DNA of 64,000 nt from an uncultured Methanosarcinales archaeon. GTDB taxonomy: Archaea; Halobacteriota; Methanosarcinia; Methanotrichales; Methanotrichaceae. The notes beneath the pieces are model-generated. The model saw nothing but the letters and a program-made list of their open reading frames with translations, was not told the origin of the DNA and made no database searches. The first letter of the stretch is position 1, and every line of letters starts with the position of its first letter. Shown piece by piece: positions 62,945 through 64,000 of the stretch. Made by a program: the position numbers and the translations under genes. The stretch is from contig CAWJKV010000002.1 in assembly GCA_963843555.1 (NCBI GenBank), positions 160,001 through 224,000 of the forward strand, given 5' to 3'.

Positions 62945-63113
62945 CTACGCATTGCCGCCGGTGTTCAGATAGAGTGTTCTTCGGACAGATGGCATAGGCA
63001 GTCTGAATGTATGAGTCCACGTATCTCGCAGCGGCTTATGAAGTCTCAGTTCAATGTTATTGGCAGCGACTGCTGCCATTAATGCATGTGATAAATTAAG
63101 GAGTGATTGATAG

Positions 63114-63548
63114 ATGAAGTATATTGCGATATTTTTATGTTTAGTAGGCCTGGTTGTGGCCCAGGGTTATACCGAATGGCAGCAGGGAGCCTCAGAGGGC
63201 CTCAAGATCGGCTTTGAAATGGGCCAGGCATACGAGAAGGCCCAAAATGGAATCGATATCAGTGGCTTCAATGCTCATGGTAGACAGATACAACGCCTGG
63301 GTTAGAGAGCACTTCGGAGAAGATCCCAATCTGCTCATGCAGAAGATAACAAGCTCCACTGACCTCAGCAAACCGATCCTGATTGCCAATAATACGACAT
63401 TCCAAGGGGATAGTCCATGCGATAGACGGCAACACTCTGCCAGAAGGGACATACACGACCAATGACATGAACCTTTTGCCGGATAGCGCAGTGCTACAGA
63501 ACTCCAGGACCTTCCGGAGAGGGCGGGGCTTGGCTGGGTGGAATCTAG
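63114..63548 (+). CDS. Secreted hypothetical protein, frameshifted
   Basis: Signal MKYIAIFLCLVGLVVA; continues YNAWVREHFGEDPNLLM in the next frame. Confidence 0.55.
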
Positions 63549-63784
63549 AGCTTCCAGCCCATTTCCTTTATTTTCTTTTCTCGGCTCATTTGCTATTTTG
63601 GTTCAATATGGATCCAGATCGCTCTTTTCCTTGTTCGTATTTGCCTGAGAGGCACTGCATGCATGATGATGAGAAGTACCACAGTATTTTATAGTTTTAG
63701 GGTACCATAAGTATACGGAGAGAAAAATGCAAGCTCAGGCTAATATACTTTAATAATTAAGTAATATTACCTGTAAAAATATAC

Positions 63785-64000
63785 ATTAGATGGCCAGGTT
63801 GTGGAGCTGTGGGGGACGGTTCTTGAAAACAGCCGGCAATCGGTGTTAGACTTCACCAACCACCACTGGGAACGAGTGACTGAGTATCGAATGGCTTCTG
63901 ATAAAAGGCCCTGCCTTGAGCAGGTTTGAGAACCAAAGAAATGAAGACACAAAACAGTAAGAAGGCCACCTCTAACCTGAGGCAGCACACCGAGAATAAG
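63785..64000 (+). mobile_element. Possible left end of an IS110-family element: structured non-coding region plus ORF start at 63941 running off the window
   Basis: Sharp AT-to-GC shift; cagccggcaatcggtgttagac...ctgggaacgagtgactga resembles IS110 upstream leaders from memory; basic N-terminus MKTQNSKKA. Confidence 0.35.

Overview
Archaeal chromosome segment, by inference from gene content a methanogen of the Methanosarcinales/Methanothrix type. Evidence: cysteate synthase cluster, archaeal rps13-rps4-rps11-rpoD-tRNA-Leu, purL-purQ-purS, and many Asn/Ser-rich secreted proteins. Many conserved genes carry single-base frameshifts, which suggests long-read indel errors, so pseudogene calls need caution. 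Four accessory blocks sit between housekeeping genes. (1) 2.9-9.5 kb: toxin-antitoxin (TA) and secreted-protein genes interleaved with decayed copies of the 3' end of the upstream Fe-S gene. (2) 14.5-24 kb: an island between purL and tRNA-Leu with a decayed SIR2-family gene and TA/ATPase modules separated by a co-oriented ~100-bp GC-rich structured repeat. (3) 28.8-47.5 kb: a large arsenic/metalloid locus (acr3, 2x arsR, arsC, arsP, arsM, HgcC-like regulator). It also holds three exported rhodanese-fold proteins lacking the catalytic Cys, an exported thioredoxin, a redoxin-CcdA fusion, a secreted metallothionein-like protein and a shared palindromic operator. (4) 47.9-64 kb: more TA pairs, a cholesterol-oxidase-like GMC enzyme, a GH1 glycosidase with an inserted circularly permuted solute-binding domain, and a probable IS110 left end at the window edge. 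The best candidates for undescribed systems are the exported thiol/metalloid module, the GH1/permuted-SBP fusion and the repeat-delimited TA cassette array.
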